Shown here: in pieces, positions 24,368 through 38,624 of the stretch
Layout: the number at the start of each line of letters is the position of its first letter
How positions within the stretch are numbered: the stretch's first letter is position 1
Assembly (NCBI GenBank): GCA_965202585.1
Contig: CBDBBG010000332.1
Location: 1 to 62,624, forward strand
Source of the DNA: Thalia democratica
Lineage: Eukaryota
Reading direction: 5' to 3'
DNA length: 62,624 nt
Made by a program: the position numbers and the translations under genes
The notes under the pieces: model-generated
Database searches by the model: none
Told to the model about the DNA's origin: nothing
What the model saw: only the letters and a program-made list of their open reading frames with translations

Positions 24368-27300
24368 GAGAACAAGTCAGTTTATTTTTACACCAGGTGA
24401 GCATTTTATTTGCTTTTTAGATGGAAGCCAACATAATGTTGAGGTTGTTAGTCTTAGTCAGCAGTTTATAATATCTTTCAAACAACTTTAACATTCAAAC
24501 AGTTTTCCATAAGCCTAAGAACAAAGGTCTTTAAAAAAGTGCTTACTTTTTTCAGCGGAACATTTTAAAGAATTTTATTTTTCTTTTAAATAAGTATATA
24601 AACTAGATTTGAATGTGTAGGTTTTATGATTTTTAACTTAAGAAAGTATTAAACACTGACACCAGTTAGCTTGATTTTATTATATAAATTTAAATTAAAC
24701 GTTTTTTTTTATTTCAGTTGCCTTACAGAACGTGTGAATTTAAGTATTGATCTAAAGTATAATTCAAATAATAATTTTTAGAAACGAATCTTTTTTTATC
24801 CATCTTAAAAACTATATTTTTTTATTAATACTTATAGAATTGTATAATAAGTATTCTGAAGTTGCTATATTTTACAAAATGAGGTCTTATGTTTATAGGT
24901 ACTATTTTATTTGACTACTGCCTTAAGGCATAACTTCCATAATGACTTTAAACCAAATAATATCTCACATTTGATATTTTTTTCAAAGTATTAGATATCT
25001 AAACTATAAATATTCTGCCCCCAAGGCATGTTAATTGAAATATAAGAAGAGAATCAAGGCCGTATTTAAACTTGTTTGAAAATAAGATTGTTAGAAGAGC
25101 AACCTTTTTACTTAGAATTGCATTTTTTCTAATAAGTTTTTACATTTTTCACTGAAATAAAAATGCTAGTTTTATAAAGCAACTGCTTTTAGTTCTTTCA
25201 AAAAACTATAAACTTGTGTTTTAATTTTTTTTTTTATGTTTTTCTCGTTAAGAGATTTCATTGTTTATAATTTTTGCTGATTTTTGTTCAAATTAAAAGG
25301 TTTCCGGTGAAGTATTGGTTACAAAGTGTGATTCAGATTATACTTTAAAGTTATCAGATGCTTGTTTGTATTAAAGTATTGTCGCATAAAAGTATAGTTC
25401 TTTTTAAAATGAATTTTTGTTAAACTACTTCATTGTTTCTATTATATATAAACTTAATATAGTAAACATTTATGAAGTAATTCAATTACTTTCACTATCT
25501 TTCAGATGATGCAATTGTAAACTAGTTTTATTTTATGATGTGAAATTTACCTATTGAACAACTAAGAGTCTTAAATACATTTTAGTTGTTTATAATAGAT
25601 TTATAAAGTGATGTTTTATTAAGTTATATGCATCGTCTTAACTGAGAACATTTAACTGAATTACCTTTCAAGCTTATTTATCAAAGTCTATATCTATTCT
25701 TAAAAGAGCTTTTAAGGTACTAAAAGACTACAGATCCTATTCAATTGAAAAGTTGCTCTTTTAGTAAAGTTTTGTAAAAACTATCAGTTATCAAACAATA
25801 GTTAAGCCAAGCATAATGAATTGAAACATAGGGTTATATTTTATATTTGATAATTGTGTAATAAAATGTTGTTTAACTTAACATAAACATTTTAACCGTA
25901 GTCTGCAATAACTATGTTATATCAGCTTATAATTGTGTTACTAAACATGTGACTATTTAATTAGTAAACTAAGTGCTGTGCTAAATAGTTTAGATTATTT
26001 TTATTATTTTTAGTGGCTATAAATACAGTTTCTAAAGTATTTAAAGTTATAAATATTGATGCTCAATTATTACTTTATCATTTCAAAAATAACTAGTTAG
26101 GACAGGTAAAAGAAACTTTAAACCCAAAAATGTGTGTTGTTATTGAAATATGAGAAAAAGTTCTTTATAAGTGCTTACAAAGATGATCTGTTAATTTTTG
26201 TTGTTGAAATATGAGAGAAAGTTATTAACAAATAGTGCTTACTAAGCTAATTTGTTGATTATATATAAATACAAAACCTTTGATTGCAATAAAAGCACTT
26301 TAAGTGTTTTAAGTGTTACATCTAGATACCATTTAATAAGTTTGTGTTTCTAGATAAATGAAATGCTGACATAAACACATGATTGATAAGTCCTGATAAT
26401 GTTTTTAAAAATTCAATGGTTAACAAACTATATATATTAACAATAATAGTATATATGTTTTAAATATATAAACGCACTCCGTATGTGAATATTAAAGCTT
26501 TTTCATTAGCGCTATTACCTTAAGTTTTATTTACGCTATGACACCTGAGTTGTTATCAATCTTTATGAATTATTTTATTTAAAAATGTCAACTTCATTCT
26601 TACCACTATTATTATTTCTTCTTTAATTATTGTTTTGATATCATTTGGGGTACTTTAGGGTTTACGGCTCTTTCAAAAACTGTGGTCAATAAATTTTAAT
26701 TAAAACTATTTTAAAGTGAATTTACATGGAAACGGCTTTCTTTCTTGACATATTATTTTTACTTAGATGTGAATTATAGCTTCATAAATAGTTAACAAAG
26801 TATAACTAAGAAGTTAGAAATTAAAATGTTTTGTTAGGAAAATCATTGTTTTGTTTTTGTTTTTATTTTTTATAAAAACTGCATATTTTTAAACTTTTGC
26901 TAGATAGAGAAAAAGTCAAAATTAAAAAACATCTTTTTTTGATTATTGCACTTATATGTTTACCTAATACTTTTGCCAGTTTTATAGACTATTAATAAAA
27001 AGTAAAAAATATGTTATTTATTATTTATAGTAAGATTTGTGCTTCTGTTTGAGTTTTTTATGATTTTGCACTGTTGTTTACGTGAGACCAGCTTTATTTT
27101 ACTGTTCAACTTCTCAAAAGACGCGAACATAAAAGTAGTTAGTTAGCAAGAATATTCATAAAAAAAAACTTGGCTTATTTTTGTTTAAAGACCTTTTATA
27201 AAACCTCTTTAACTTCTTAAAAATATATAGGCGTAAATAAACAGGTCTTTAAACTTATTATATCCTTAAACTATTTTAAATAATGCTTATTTTTCAGTCT

Positions 27301-30300
27301 TAAAAATATACTTTAACTTATTATAAACAATGCTTATACATTTTTTGTTTAAAATCTAGTAATTTTTTTGCGGTTATTGCTATAGGGCATTATTTCCACT
27401 ATGGTTCAAAGCGTTAAGCCAAATCTTTCATACTTTTTATAATTGTTTAAGTATAAACATATTTAAGCTCTAACTACTTAGTCTCTAGTCATCTTAACTG
27501 AAATTAAGAAAAGGATTAAGGTTGTATTTGTTCTGAGTTTATTACAATATTGTAAGGGGAGAAACCGTTTTACTAATATTTTTTCAATATCTTTTTACTT
27601 AAATAAAAATAAAAGTGTTATAAATATGGTATTAGTCTTTGAAAAATCCATAAACTTGTGTTTTAAATTTTGAATGTTTATCTCGTAAAGATAGTTCATT
27701 GTTTAAAATGTTTTGCTAAACTTTGTTCAAGTTATATTATTTACCGGTAAAAAGTTTGCTTAGAGTCTGATTCAGTATCAGATTTAAAATTTTCAGCTGT
27801 ATATTGAGGTTGTATTATAGTTTCGTAACATAAAAGTATAACAACTTGTTAATTTAATTTGTGTTAAGCTACTTAAATTTTTGTTCTTAATATCCATCGT
27901 AAACGATTGTGGTAGTTTGAATTTTTAAAAGGTAGTTCAATTATTTATGGTCAGTTTCAGATGCTGCAATTGTAAGATAGTTTTATTTTATGATGTTAAA
28001 CTTACTCATTGAAAAATTTAGAGTTTTAAATACATTTTAGTTGTTTATGATAAACTTATTGAGTGATTATTCATGGAAAACTTAACAACAAAATAAATTT
28101 ATCTAACTCTTTTTTATGCATCACCTGGTTTTGCTTATGTAATTGGATTAGCTTTTAAAGCTCAATTTTTAAGTATTTTATTTATTATGAGAAATACGAT
28201 ATTGGCTTACTCAAAGACTAATGGGCCTACTAAACTTAAAATAAATAATTTTCACTGAAAAGTTAAAACCTATTGGTTGTAGTCTTGTACAAATTATAAT
28301 TGTCAAACTTGATTTTAGCCATGCATTGTAACTTAAAAAGTTAGGTTTTGTTTAAATTTATACTTATTTATACTTATTTATTTAAAGAACAAGACAGTTT
28401 GTTTTTACACCAGGTGAGCATTTTATTTGCTTCTTAGATGAAAGCCAACATAATATTGAGATTGTTAGTCTTAGTCAGCAGTTTATAATATCTTTCAAAC
28501 AATTTTAACATTCAAACAGTTTTCCATAAGCCTAAGAACAAAGGTCTTTAAAAAAAGTGCTTACTTTTTTTAGCGGAACATTGCAAAAAACTTGATATTT
28601 CTTTTAACTAAGTATATAAACTAGATTTCAATATGTAGGTTTTTAATTTTTAACCTAAGAAAGCATTAAACGCTGACATCAGTTAGTTTGATTTTATCAA
28701 ACTAATTTAAATTGAAAGTTTTTTTTTTCAGTTCCCTCACAGAGTGTGTGAGTTTAAGTATTAATCTAAAGTATAATTGAAATAATCATTTATAGGAACG
28801 ACTGTTTTTCTACCTATCTTAAAAACTATATTTTTGTATTAAATTTTATAGAATTGTATAATAAGTATTCTGAAGTTGCTGTAATTTACACTACTAGGTC
28901 TTATTTTTATAGGTACTTTTTTATTTGACTACTGCCTTAAGGCATAACTTCCATAATGGCTATAAACCAAATAGTTCTTACATTTGATAATTTTTCTGAG
29001 TAAAAAATATTTAAACTATAATTACTCTGCCCTCAAGGCATATTAATTGAATATAAAAAGTGAATCAAGGCCGTATTTAAACTTAGTTGAAAATAAGAAT
29101 GTTAGAAGAGCAAACTTTTTCCTTACAATTGCATTTTTTCCAATATTTTTTTACATTTTTCACTGAAATAAAAATGCAAGTATTTTTGACCAACTGCTTT
29201 TAGTTCTTTAATAAAACCATATACTTATGTTTTAATATTTTATGTTTTTCTCGTTAGGAGATTTGATGGTTTATAAATTTTTCTAATTATGTTCAAATTA
29301 AAAGGTTTCCGGTGAAATATTTGTTTACAAAGTGTGATTCAGATCAGCTGCTTGTTTGTATTAAAGTATTGTCACATAAAAGTATTGTTCCTTTAAAATT
29401 GAATTTGTGTTAAACTATTTCATTGTTTATATTATGTATAAACTTGATATGTTCAACATTTTGAAAGTAATTCAATTACTTACAATTACTTTCAGATGAT
29501 GCAATTGTAAACTAGTTTTATTTTATGATATGTAAATATATGTGAAATTTACCTATCAAACAATTTAGGGTCTTAAATACATTTAAGTTGTATATAATAG
29601 ATTTGTAAAGTAATGTTTTATTAAGTTATATGCATCGTCTAAACTAAAAACAATTAACTGAATTACCTTTTAAGTTTATTTATCAAAGTCTATATTTATT
29701 CTAAAAAAGAGCTTTAAAGGTACTACAAGACTACAGATCCTTTTCGATTAAAAAGTCGCTCTTTTGGTAAAGTCTTGTAGAAACTATCAGTTATTAGATA
29801 ATAATTAAGTCAAGCATAATGAATTGAATTATGGGGTTATATTTTGTATTTGATAGTTGTGTATCAAAATGTTGTTTAACTTAACATAAATATTTTAACC
29901 GTAATCACCAATAACTATGTTATATCAGATTATAATTGTGTTACTAAACATGTTGCTATTTAATTAGTAAACTAATTGGTGTGCTAAATAGTTTAGATTA
30001 TTTTTATTATTTTTACTGGTTTTAAATACATTTTTTAGAGCATTTAAAGTTATAAATATTGATACTTAATTATTACTTTATCATTTCAAAAATAACTAGT
30101 TAGGACAAGTAAAAAAAAACTTTAAACCCAAAAGTGTGTGTTGTTATTGAAATATGAGAAAAAGTTCTTTATAAGTGCTTACAAAGATGATTTGTAAAGT
30201 TTTGTTGTTGAAATATGAGAGAAAGTTTTTAAAAACTAGTTCTTACTAAGCTAATTTGTTGATTATATATAAATTCAAAACCTTTGATTGCAATAAAAGC

Positions 30301-32368
30301 ACTTTAAGTGTTTTAAGTGTTACATCTAGATACCTTTTAATAAGTTTGTATTTCTAGATAAATGAAATGCTGACATAAACACATGATTGATAAGTGATGA
30401 TAATGTTTTTTTTAAATTTAATGGTCAATATACTATATATATTTAAAATAATAAATAATACATATATGTTTTAAATATATAAATGCACTTCGTATGTGAA
30501 CATTAAAGCTTTTTCATTAGTGCTACCCTTTTACCTTGAGTTTTATTTATACTATGACACCTAAGTTGTTATCAATCTTCATGTATTATTTTATATAACA
30601 ATGTCAACTTCTTTCTTACTACTAATATTGTTTTTTCTTTAATTATTGTTTCATTATCATTTGGGTTACTTAGGGGTTTAAGGCTATTTCAGGAGCTGTG
30701 GTCAATGAGTCTTAATTAAAACTACTTTATACTGAATTTACATTAAAAAGGCTTTCTTTCTTGACATGCTGTTTTTATTTAGATTTATATTATGGCTTTA
30801 TAAATAGTTAATAAAGTATAAATAAGAAATTCTAGATTAAGATGTTTTCTTTACAAAGTCATTGTTTTGTTTTTGTTTTAATTTTGTATAAAAACTGCAT
30901 GTTTTTTAATGTTGCTAGGCTAAGAAAAAGTCAGAATTAAAAAAACATCTTCTTTTGATTATTGCACTTTTTTGATTAACTTATACATTTGCCAGTTCTG
31001 TAGAATATTAATAAAAAGTAAAGAAAATATGCTTTTTTTATAAGTAAGATAGAACATTTGTGCTTCTGTTTGAGTTGTTTATGATTTTGCACTGTTGTTT
31101 ACGTGAGACCAGCTTTATATTACTGTTCAACTTCTCAAAAGACGCGAGCATAAAAGTTGTTAGTTAACTAGAATATTCATAACAATAAACTTGGCTTTTT
31201 TTTTTTTTTTAATATTTTTAAAAACTTTCAAACTTCTAAAAAATATGTAAGCGTAAAAAAAATTTCTTTAAAATTCTTATTTCCTTAAAACTTTTAAATG
31301 AAATTTAATTTTCAGCCTTAACAATATACTTTGAAGTTATTTTAAAAATGGTTATACATTTTTTTGTTTAAAATCTAGTTATTTTTCAGCGGTTCTTGCT
31401 ATAGGGCATTACTTCCACTATGGCTCGAAGTGTTTTGCCAAAGATTTCATATTTTTTATTATCGTTTAAGTATAAACATTTTTAAGCTCTAACTACTTAG
31501 TCTCCAGTCATCTTAACTGAAGATAAGAAAAGAGAAAAGGTTGTATTTCTACTCAGTATATTACAATATTGCAAGGGAAGAAAACTTTTTTCTAATAAAT
31601 TTTTTTTCCAATATTTTTTTACTTAATAAAAATGAAAGTGTTATAAAAATAGTATTAGTCTTTGAATAACCATAAACTTGTGTTTTAAATTTTAAATGTT
31701 TTTTTTCTTAAGTAAATTTCATTGTTTAAAATGTTTGGCTAAATTATGTTCAAGGTGTATTATTTACCGGTGAAAAGTTAGTTATAAAGTGTGATTCAGT
31801 ATCAGATTTTAAATTTTCAGCTGTTTGGTTGTACAAAAGTATAACAACTTGTTAATTCAATTTGTGTTAAGCTACTTATTTTTTGTTCTTCATATCCATC
31901 GTATGTGATTGTAATAATTTGAACTTTTTAAAGGTAGTTCAATTATTTATGGTCAGTTTCAGATGCTGCAATTGTAAGATAGTTTTATTTTATGATGTTA
32001 AACTTACCCATTGAACAATTTAGAGTTTTAAATACATTTAGCTGTTTATGATAAACTCATTAAGTGATTATTCATGGAATACTAAACAACAAAATAACAT
32101 TATCTAACTCTTTTTTATGCATCATCTGGTTTTAAGCTTATACAATTGGATTATCTTTTAAAGCTCAAATTTTTAAGTATTTTATTTATTATGAGAAATA
32201 CGATTTTGAATTACTAAAATACTAATAGGCCTACTAACTTAAAATAAACCATTTTCACTGAAAACCTATTGGTTGCAGTGATGTCTTGTAAAAATTATCA
32301 GTTGTCAAACTGGATTTTAGCCATGCATTGTAACTTAAAAAGTTAGGTTTTGTTTAAATTAATACTTA
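24368..32368 (+). repeat. Two ~4-kb tandem copies (24368-28367, 28385-32368), built from older diverged ~2.45-kb subunits
   Basis: GAACAAG(T/A)CAGTTT...TACACCAGGTGAGC at 24370 and 28387. TTTCAGATG(A/C)TGCAATTGTAA at ~25500, 27955, 29490 and 31957. Confidence 0.9.
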
Positions 32369-34021
32369 TGTATCAAAATGTAGTTTAAGTTAATTGTTAT
32401 TTAATATCATTTTGTACCCTAGTTGACAATAACTATGTTGTATCAAAAGTATTATTAACTAACTAAATATCTGGTTATCATACTAGTAAATCAAGTATCA
32501 TACTACCTTATACATTATAGTTTATATTATGTTTTTTTAGTAGAGGTTTAAATATATTTTAAAAGTTTCAAAACTGCAAATATTTCTGCTTAGTTATAAA
32601 TATAACACTCCATAAAGTAATTAAGGCAAGTAAAAAGACTTTAAACACAAAAATTTGAGTTGTTTTGTATTATATAAACTACTTCTCAGTAGATAATGCT
32701 TACAAAGCATTTATTCATTAAAGTTATTCATTCAATATTCATTTAATATTCATTCAATTTTCATTCAATATTCATTAGTATTGCATTAAAAAAAGTTTTT
32801 AAGTTTTTCAAGTTTTATTTAAGAGATTGTTTTATTAGCTTTTATTTATAAATAAATGAATGATGCAGTAGTAAAATTAATAAACTCTGAGTCTTTTCTT
32901 AAACGCCTATGATGTTAATAATATTTTAATATTTAATATTTAATTATTTTATTGTAAATATAATTTTAAAATATTAACAAAATGGTTCTTTTTAAATAAA
33001 TTAAATGCATTTTATATACGTTTATCAATACTTGGTCTTTAGTACTTTTGCTTACCTTGAGTTTGGTATAATTTAAACACCTAAATTATTATACTTTTGT
33101 ATGTTTTTATACAACAATTTCAATTTCATAGTTGCAATAATGTTTACTTTATTTAGATTATTTTTGTTTTTGGGACATTTTGGGCTTACGGCTGTTTTGG
33201 GAGCTGTGTTCAATGAGTTTAATTTTAAACCATTTTGTACTAAATTTAGGTAGAAAAAGCTTTCTTTTTGACGTACTATTTTACTGAAATGCATATATTT
33301 GCTTTATAAATAATTAACAAAGTCTAACTTACATACTATAAACTTTGTGGTTTTGTTTACGAATTCTTTTTTTTTATTTTTTGTTTGTATTTTTTGCAGA
33401 ACTATCATAGTTTTTAAATGTATTTTAAAAGTTAAATAGGTAAAAAAAATATTCAGAATTTAAAAGCTCGTGTTTTTAATGATTACACTTGTATAAGTTT
33501 TAGTTTTATACTTTTGCCAGTTGTTCAAAACTTTTAATAAAAAAGATTCTTCAACTAAAGTGAAAAGAATGCGTTTGTTATATTCGTCTAGTACATTTAG
33601 TATTGATTTTTCAAATATATTTTTATAAGAATTTTTTTTTTTAACGTCAAAAAAGATACGTAAATAAATGTGTTTTTTTTTTAGAAAAAATTTCCATGAT
33701 TAATCTTAACAAGATCATTACTTATATTTTGTGAAAATCTCTTTTTATACCTTCGACTTCCAATAAGAAAATTGATATGAGCGTAAATAGAAATATTCAA
33801 TTATCATGTGCTAAAAAATGCTTAGATAAAATTTACTTTTCAGTTTTTACAAAGTAAAAAGTATTCATCTACTATATTTGTACATTTTTTGAAGTTTTAT
33901 AAATGCGATTTTTTTAATAAGCATTTTTACGTTTTGCTTTACAGGAAGGACTTTAAAAAAATTGTGATCTAACACATTTCTTGTAACAGAACTTTAGTTA
34001 ACCAAACATTTACAGAGAGTT

Positions 34022-37000
34022 ATGTCAGGTTACAACAATTCAGGAAATTGTAGGTCACGAGGTAAAAAAAGGTCAAGATCACCAAGTCGTACGAGATTTA
34101 GGTCATCGAGTTATAAAAGATCTAAATTACCAATTAGAAGTTTCGATCATGGGTCGAATCTGTATAAAAGTAAGGCACGGCAGTTTGGGGATATGTTAGT
34201 TTTTCTAATTTTTATTTTACACTGGGTTTTAGTTCATATCTTGCTATAATATAACTTTATTGATAAAAGTTATTAAATTCAAAGTATAAAACCTGTGCAA
34301 AGACTTTTTAAAAACTTCTCAACTATCATTTCATCACATTTTAATTATAACTTTTCTTAACATTATTAATGACTAATACTACCGAGTACTTAATTAATAA
34401 ACCAAATGAATAATGGTCAAAACCTATTTTTCAAATATATTGCAAATGTAGTATAAAAAGTTGAAAAATATTTAGAATTCCAAATGCAAACAGAGGAATA
34501 AAGCCAAGCTACGACAAGAGATCAAAGAATCGTATGAGGTTTGTTTAAAAAATAAACAACTATTGCTACTTGTTAATTAGCTAAATTGTATGGATCTAAG
34601 TTTTTTAGTCCTTTAATGAATATAAAAGAAAGCTTAAAACTTCTACATATATTTTAACTAGACTTTTTGTAATGTTGTAAGTAGTATTCTGCTTTATTTT
34701 TGACAGTTTAATTTATTAAGAAAACATAGATAGTTACATTTATACCTTTGTGATCAGCAAATTATTAGAGGAAAATTAAATAGAGTCGTTCATAAGACAT
34801 AGCCTACAGCTGAGAGTTTAAAACTTTGTAAAACTGGGCATCTTTATTGAAAATATTTATTAAAATTGCCTCCTTAATAATAAGTTAAATAATAATATAA
34901 TTTTTCTTTTTATGAAGTAAAGAAACATAACTACCGTTTATTTTCGAAAAGAACAAAACATATTTGGAGATAGAATTACTTAAATATCAGAAAAAAACTT
35001 GAAACAAAACGAAACTATTCGCAGATCAAGTTCTTCTCGAAGCTATTCAAGAGGTCGCAAGTCAACTTACCAAACTAACTCAAGATCCAAGTACCGCAAA
35101 AAATCGAGATCAAGAAGCCGTAAGAGGTCGAGAAGCCGTAGTAGATCGAGATCGAGAAACTATGGTAGATTGAGATCAGGAAAAAACAGTAGATCGGGAT
35201 CAAGAACTAGTAAAAGGTTGAAAAGACATAGTAGATCTAGATCAAGAAGCCATAGTAGTTCGAGATCAAGAAGAAACGGTAGATCGAGGTCAAGAAGCTA
35301 TTGTAGGTTGAGTTTAAGAAACAATGATAGTTCGAGATCTAGAAGCTATAGTAGATCGAGATCAAGATTCAATAGTAGGTCGAGATCAAGAAGCAATGGT
35401 AGATCGAGATCAAGAAGCCATAGTAGTTCGAGATCAAGAAGCTATAGGAGATCGAGATCAAGAAGCTATGGTAGATCGAGATCAAGAAACAATAGGAGAT
35501 CGAGATCAAGAAGCTATAGTAGATCGAGATCAAGAAGCCATAATAGATCAAGATCAAGAAGCCATAGTAGTTCGAGATCAAGAAGCAATAGGAGATCGAG
35601 ATCAAGAAGCCATAATAGATCGAGATCAAGAAACAATGGTAGATCAAGATCAAGAAGCTATAGTAGTTCGAGATCAAGAAGCCATAGTAGATCAAGATCA
35701 AGAAGCTATAGGAGATCGAGATCAAGAAGCCATAGTAGATCAAGATCAAGAAGCTATGGTAGATCGAGATCAAGAAGCTATAGTATTTCGAGATCAAGAA
35801 GCTATGGTAGATCGAGATCAAGAAGCTATGGTAGATCGAGATCAAGAAGCTATGGTAGTGCAAAACGTAATAGATATTCGTGAGTTTTTTGTAGACTTTG
35901 CAATTGGAAAATGCACAACTAATAAATTTAACTACAATTAATTTAGTTAACTTGATAATGTTTTATTAGCATATCTAAGTTTTAGGAATTTTTTAAGTAT
36001 TATTTATTTTTTATTCTTGTTTTAGATTATTACAAAAATTTTAGTAATTTTAATTTTATTCTAATGTAGAGTAAATTTTCCCTTGCAAAATAACAAGTAT
36101 CATGTTTAAGAGACTAATTTTAGGTAGCCATTTTAATAAACTTTTTATTTAGAAACAAAGCTAAGTAAAACAGTTTTAAAACGAATACAACGTAACAAAA
36201 ACTTTATATTTTCTTTGTTAAAAAAAGATTATAGTAATCAAATAAAACAATTCACAGAAAATACTATCCTAAAATTTACTCAAGAGATCGCAAGCCAATA
36301 AAACGTACCAGCTCAAGATCAAGGAAACACAACAGGTCAAAATCAAAAATCTGCAATAGGTACAGATGTCACAGTAGTTCAAGAAACGATGGAAACTCGT
36401 AAGTGCTTTGGTTTTACAAGGTGTCTTTAAAAAATCTTTTAAGGTTTTTGATAACTTTATATTCAAGTTTTAATATATTCAATGTTTCTTAAAGCAACAT
36501 AAAAGGCGAAAATAAGTATAAAATGATAAAATATTGTTTCTAGTTTTCAAGATTCTTTAGTTTAGACATTACTTTGAATGTTTTTTTTCAATATACACTT
36601 GTTATTTTTTTTAAATAACAAAAACGATTTATTAACATGAACGAGTCTAATCATAACCTTTACATATATTGTACAGCACACAAGTTACAGGTCAGTTTCT
36701 TAAATTTAATTCCCAAAGGCGATTAACGGGAAGAACAAATTATTACAATTAGTCAGAGGAGTAGTTTTAATCAATGACGTAGTTGAATATGTTTTATAAA
36801 ACACTTAAAAATAACGTTTAAAAAAATTGTCAACAAAATAAAATTTGTCTTTAATTTCAGATCTCGAGCAGAATTAAGTAGAATTACCCAATATTTTCCT
36901 ATAATCCCTCCACCTGCATTGAATGGTTTGTTTAAGAGTTTGACTATTTTAACTAACCTATTCAAACTATTAATTGTTTTCAATTGTTTTTTACCGCTAA

Positions 37001-38524
37001 TTTAAAAACCGACGTGTAAAAAAATAAATTAAAATACCAGTTCTTGTCGTATATGTCAATATTTGAAATCTTAAACAGTTTTTTTTAACCAGTTGTTAAA
37101 ATTATACTTAAACAAACCTCATTACCAAATAAAATCAATGAAAGTGTTTTAAAAACTTATAAGTTAACGTTTTTTAATTAAAAACATTGTTTTTACTTAA
37201 AAAAAATTATTTGTTACAAAACTTAAAAACACATTAATTTATTTTAAAGCACATTCTAATATATTTGACATTAAATATACAGATTTGTTTCAGTACAACA
37301 TTTTTGTCTCTAATATATATATATTTATCTATAAACGAAATTTATTTCCTTTATTTTAAAAATTTTTCGTTTGCAGTTAACCTCAGAACGATAAGAGAAA
37401 ATGATAACGGCAGGTAAGACTAAATTTTCATTTACTAAAAATTATTTTATATTTCAATTATATTCTACTAATTTTAGCAAATTTTATTATAAATAAACAA
37501 TTGAACTATATAAGCCATTAATAAAGCTTTGTTGTAACTGATATTCAAACAATATTCTCAGTGGAAGTTGTCTGAAACAAATTAGTAACTATGCGCTGAG
37601 TAAACGGCAAATTAGCATCAAAATGGTGAACCAACTTGAAATGCTTCAAAATGTTAGAGATATTATAAAAAAAAAATACGAGTACAGCATTCCTGATGAG
37701 CACGTTGAACTGCAGGATTCTGATGGAAGTCAATACAGAATCATCTTCTTAACCCTGCCAACTAAAGAACAGGTTTATTTTAAATTATTATAAGACCGGA
37801 ATGTTAGGGCACATACATTAAAAAGAGGAAGACATGAAAAAAAGTAGGCTAAACTACTCTTTAGTTTAAAAAACTTAATAGTAACAGATTTTAAGCAAAA
37901 AAAAATTTTTATAGTTATAAAACTTAATATTTTTCCTGTTTACAATTGTCATCTAAATGATCGTACTTTAAAAAAAACTATAAAAACTTTCATAGAATAC
38001 TTTATGTTTTACATATTTTTCTCCTTAAATCAAGCTATTACGTACAGTTATTAATACTAAAGTACGAGCAATTAAATTACAACAGGTTGTCAAAATTCTC
38101 CAAGACAGAAACGAGAAACACTTCAAGAGCTTCCGAGCCGACAAAACGGGTTGGATAATCGATCTTCCCAACTCCAGCTTCGTAAATGACCGGGTCGCTT
38201 CGGTGGCAGAAATTCTCGACAGCGTCACGTACGAAAACAAGTCCTGTCTGCTGTACCTGAAGAAGGGTCATTACAACATGAGCCACTACCAAATGAAGAA
38301 GGCTTTGGAAGAGAGGTTTGAAGATCCTTTTCAAAAGTACTTCGAACGTCTGAACTTTTTATTTAAAACTTCAAAGTTGTTGTATGAGGTTCCAGGAAGG
38401 CGTGAGTGGGTGAAAATTAGGTTCAAGTTTGTAAAAGTGACCTTTAAGTCGGCTGAATATGCGAAAGTTTTTCATAAGCTACCTAGACTTGAGACATTTG
38501 AAATTGCGGGACCTATAGGAATGT
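34022..38524 (+). CDS. RS-repeat protein with two putative divergent RRM-like domains, paralog A (3' end lost in the assembly gap); exons 34022-34194, 34476-34538, 35025-35879, 36258-36398, 36861-36925, 37377-37413, 37562-37772, 38086-38524+
   Basis: All exons join in frame and the same splice sites exist in paralog B. The apparent stop at 35881 is in fact the donor TC|GTGAGT. RRM-like beta3-helix segments are YRIIFLTLPTKEQVVKIL and FKFVKVTFKSAEYAKVF; this assignment is by eye. Confidence 0.8.
35110..35862 (+). repeat. Coding 24-bp tandem repeat (AGATCGAGATCAAGAAGCTATGGT-type; RSRSRSYG octapeptide)
   Basis: Many degenerate 24-bp units. A shorter array is present in paralog B (~40780-41222). 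Confidence 0.95.
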
Positions 38525-38624
38525 NNNNNNNNNNNNNNNNNNNNNNNNNNNNNNNNNNNNNNNNNNNNNNNNNNNNNNNNNNNNNNNNNNNNNNNNNNNN
38601 NNNNNNNNNNNNNNNNNNNNNNNN
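38525..38624. other. Assembly gap (100 N)
   Basis: N run at the junction between tandem paralog A and the upstream region of paralog B. Confidence 1.

Noticed and set aside
34999-35883. RS ORF as a stand-alone intronless protamine-like gene
   Set aside because: It starts at TTG, and its stop overlaps a canonical donor (GTGAGT in A, GTAAGT in B) with in-frame downstream exons.
35324-35941. 205-aa DRDQEA-repeat ORF and minus-strand YHSFLIS-repeat ORFs (also 40913-41293)
   Set aside because: Alternative frames of the stop-free 24-bp repeat; only the RS frame joins the flanking exons in both paralogs.
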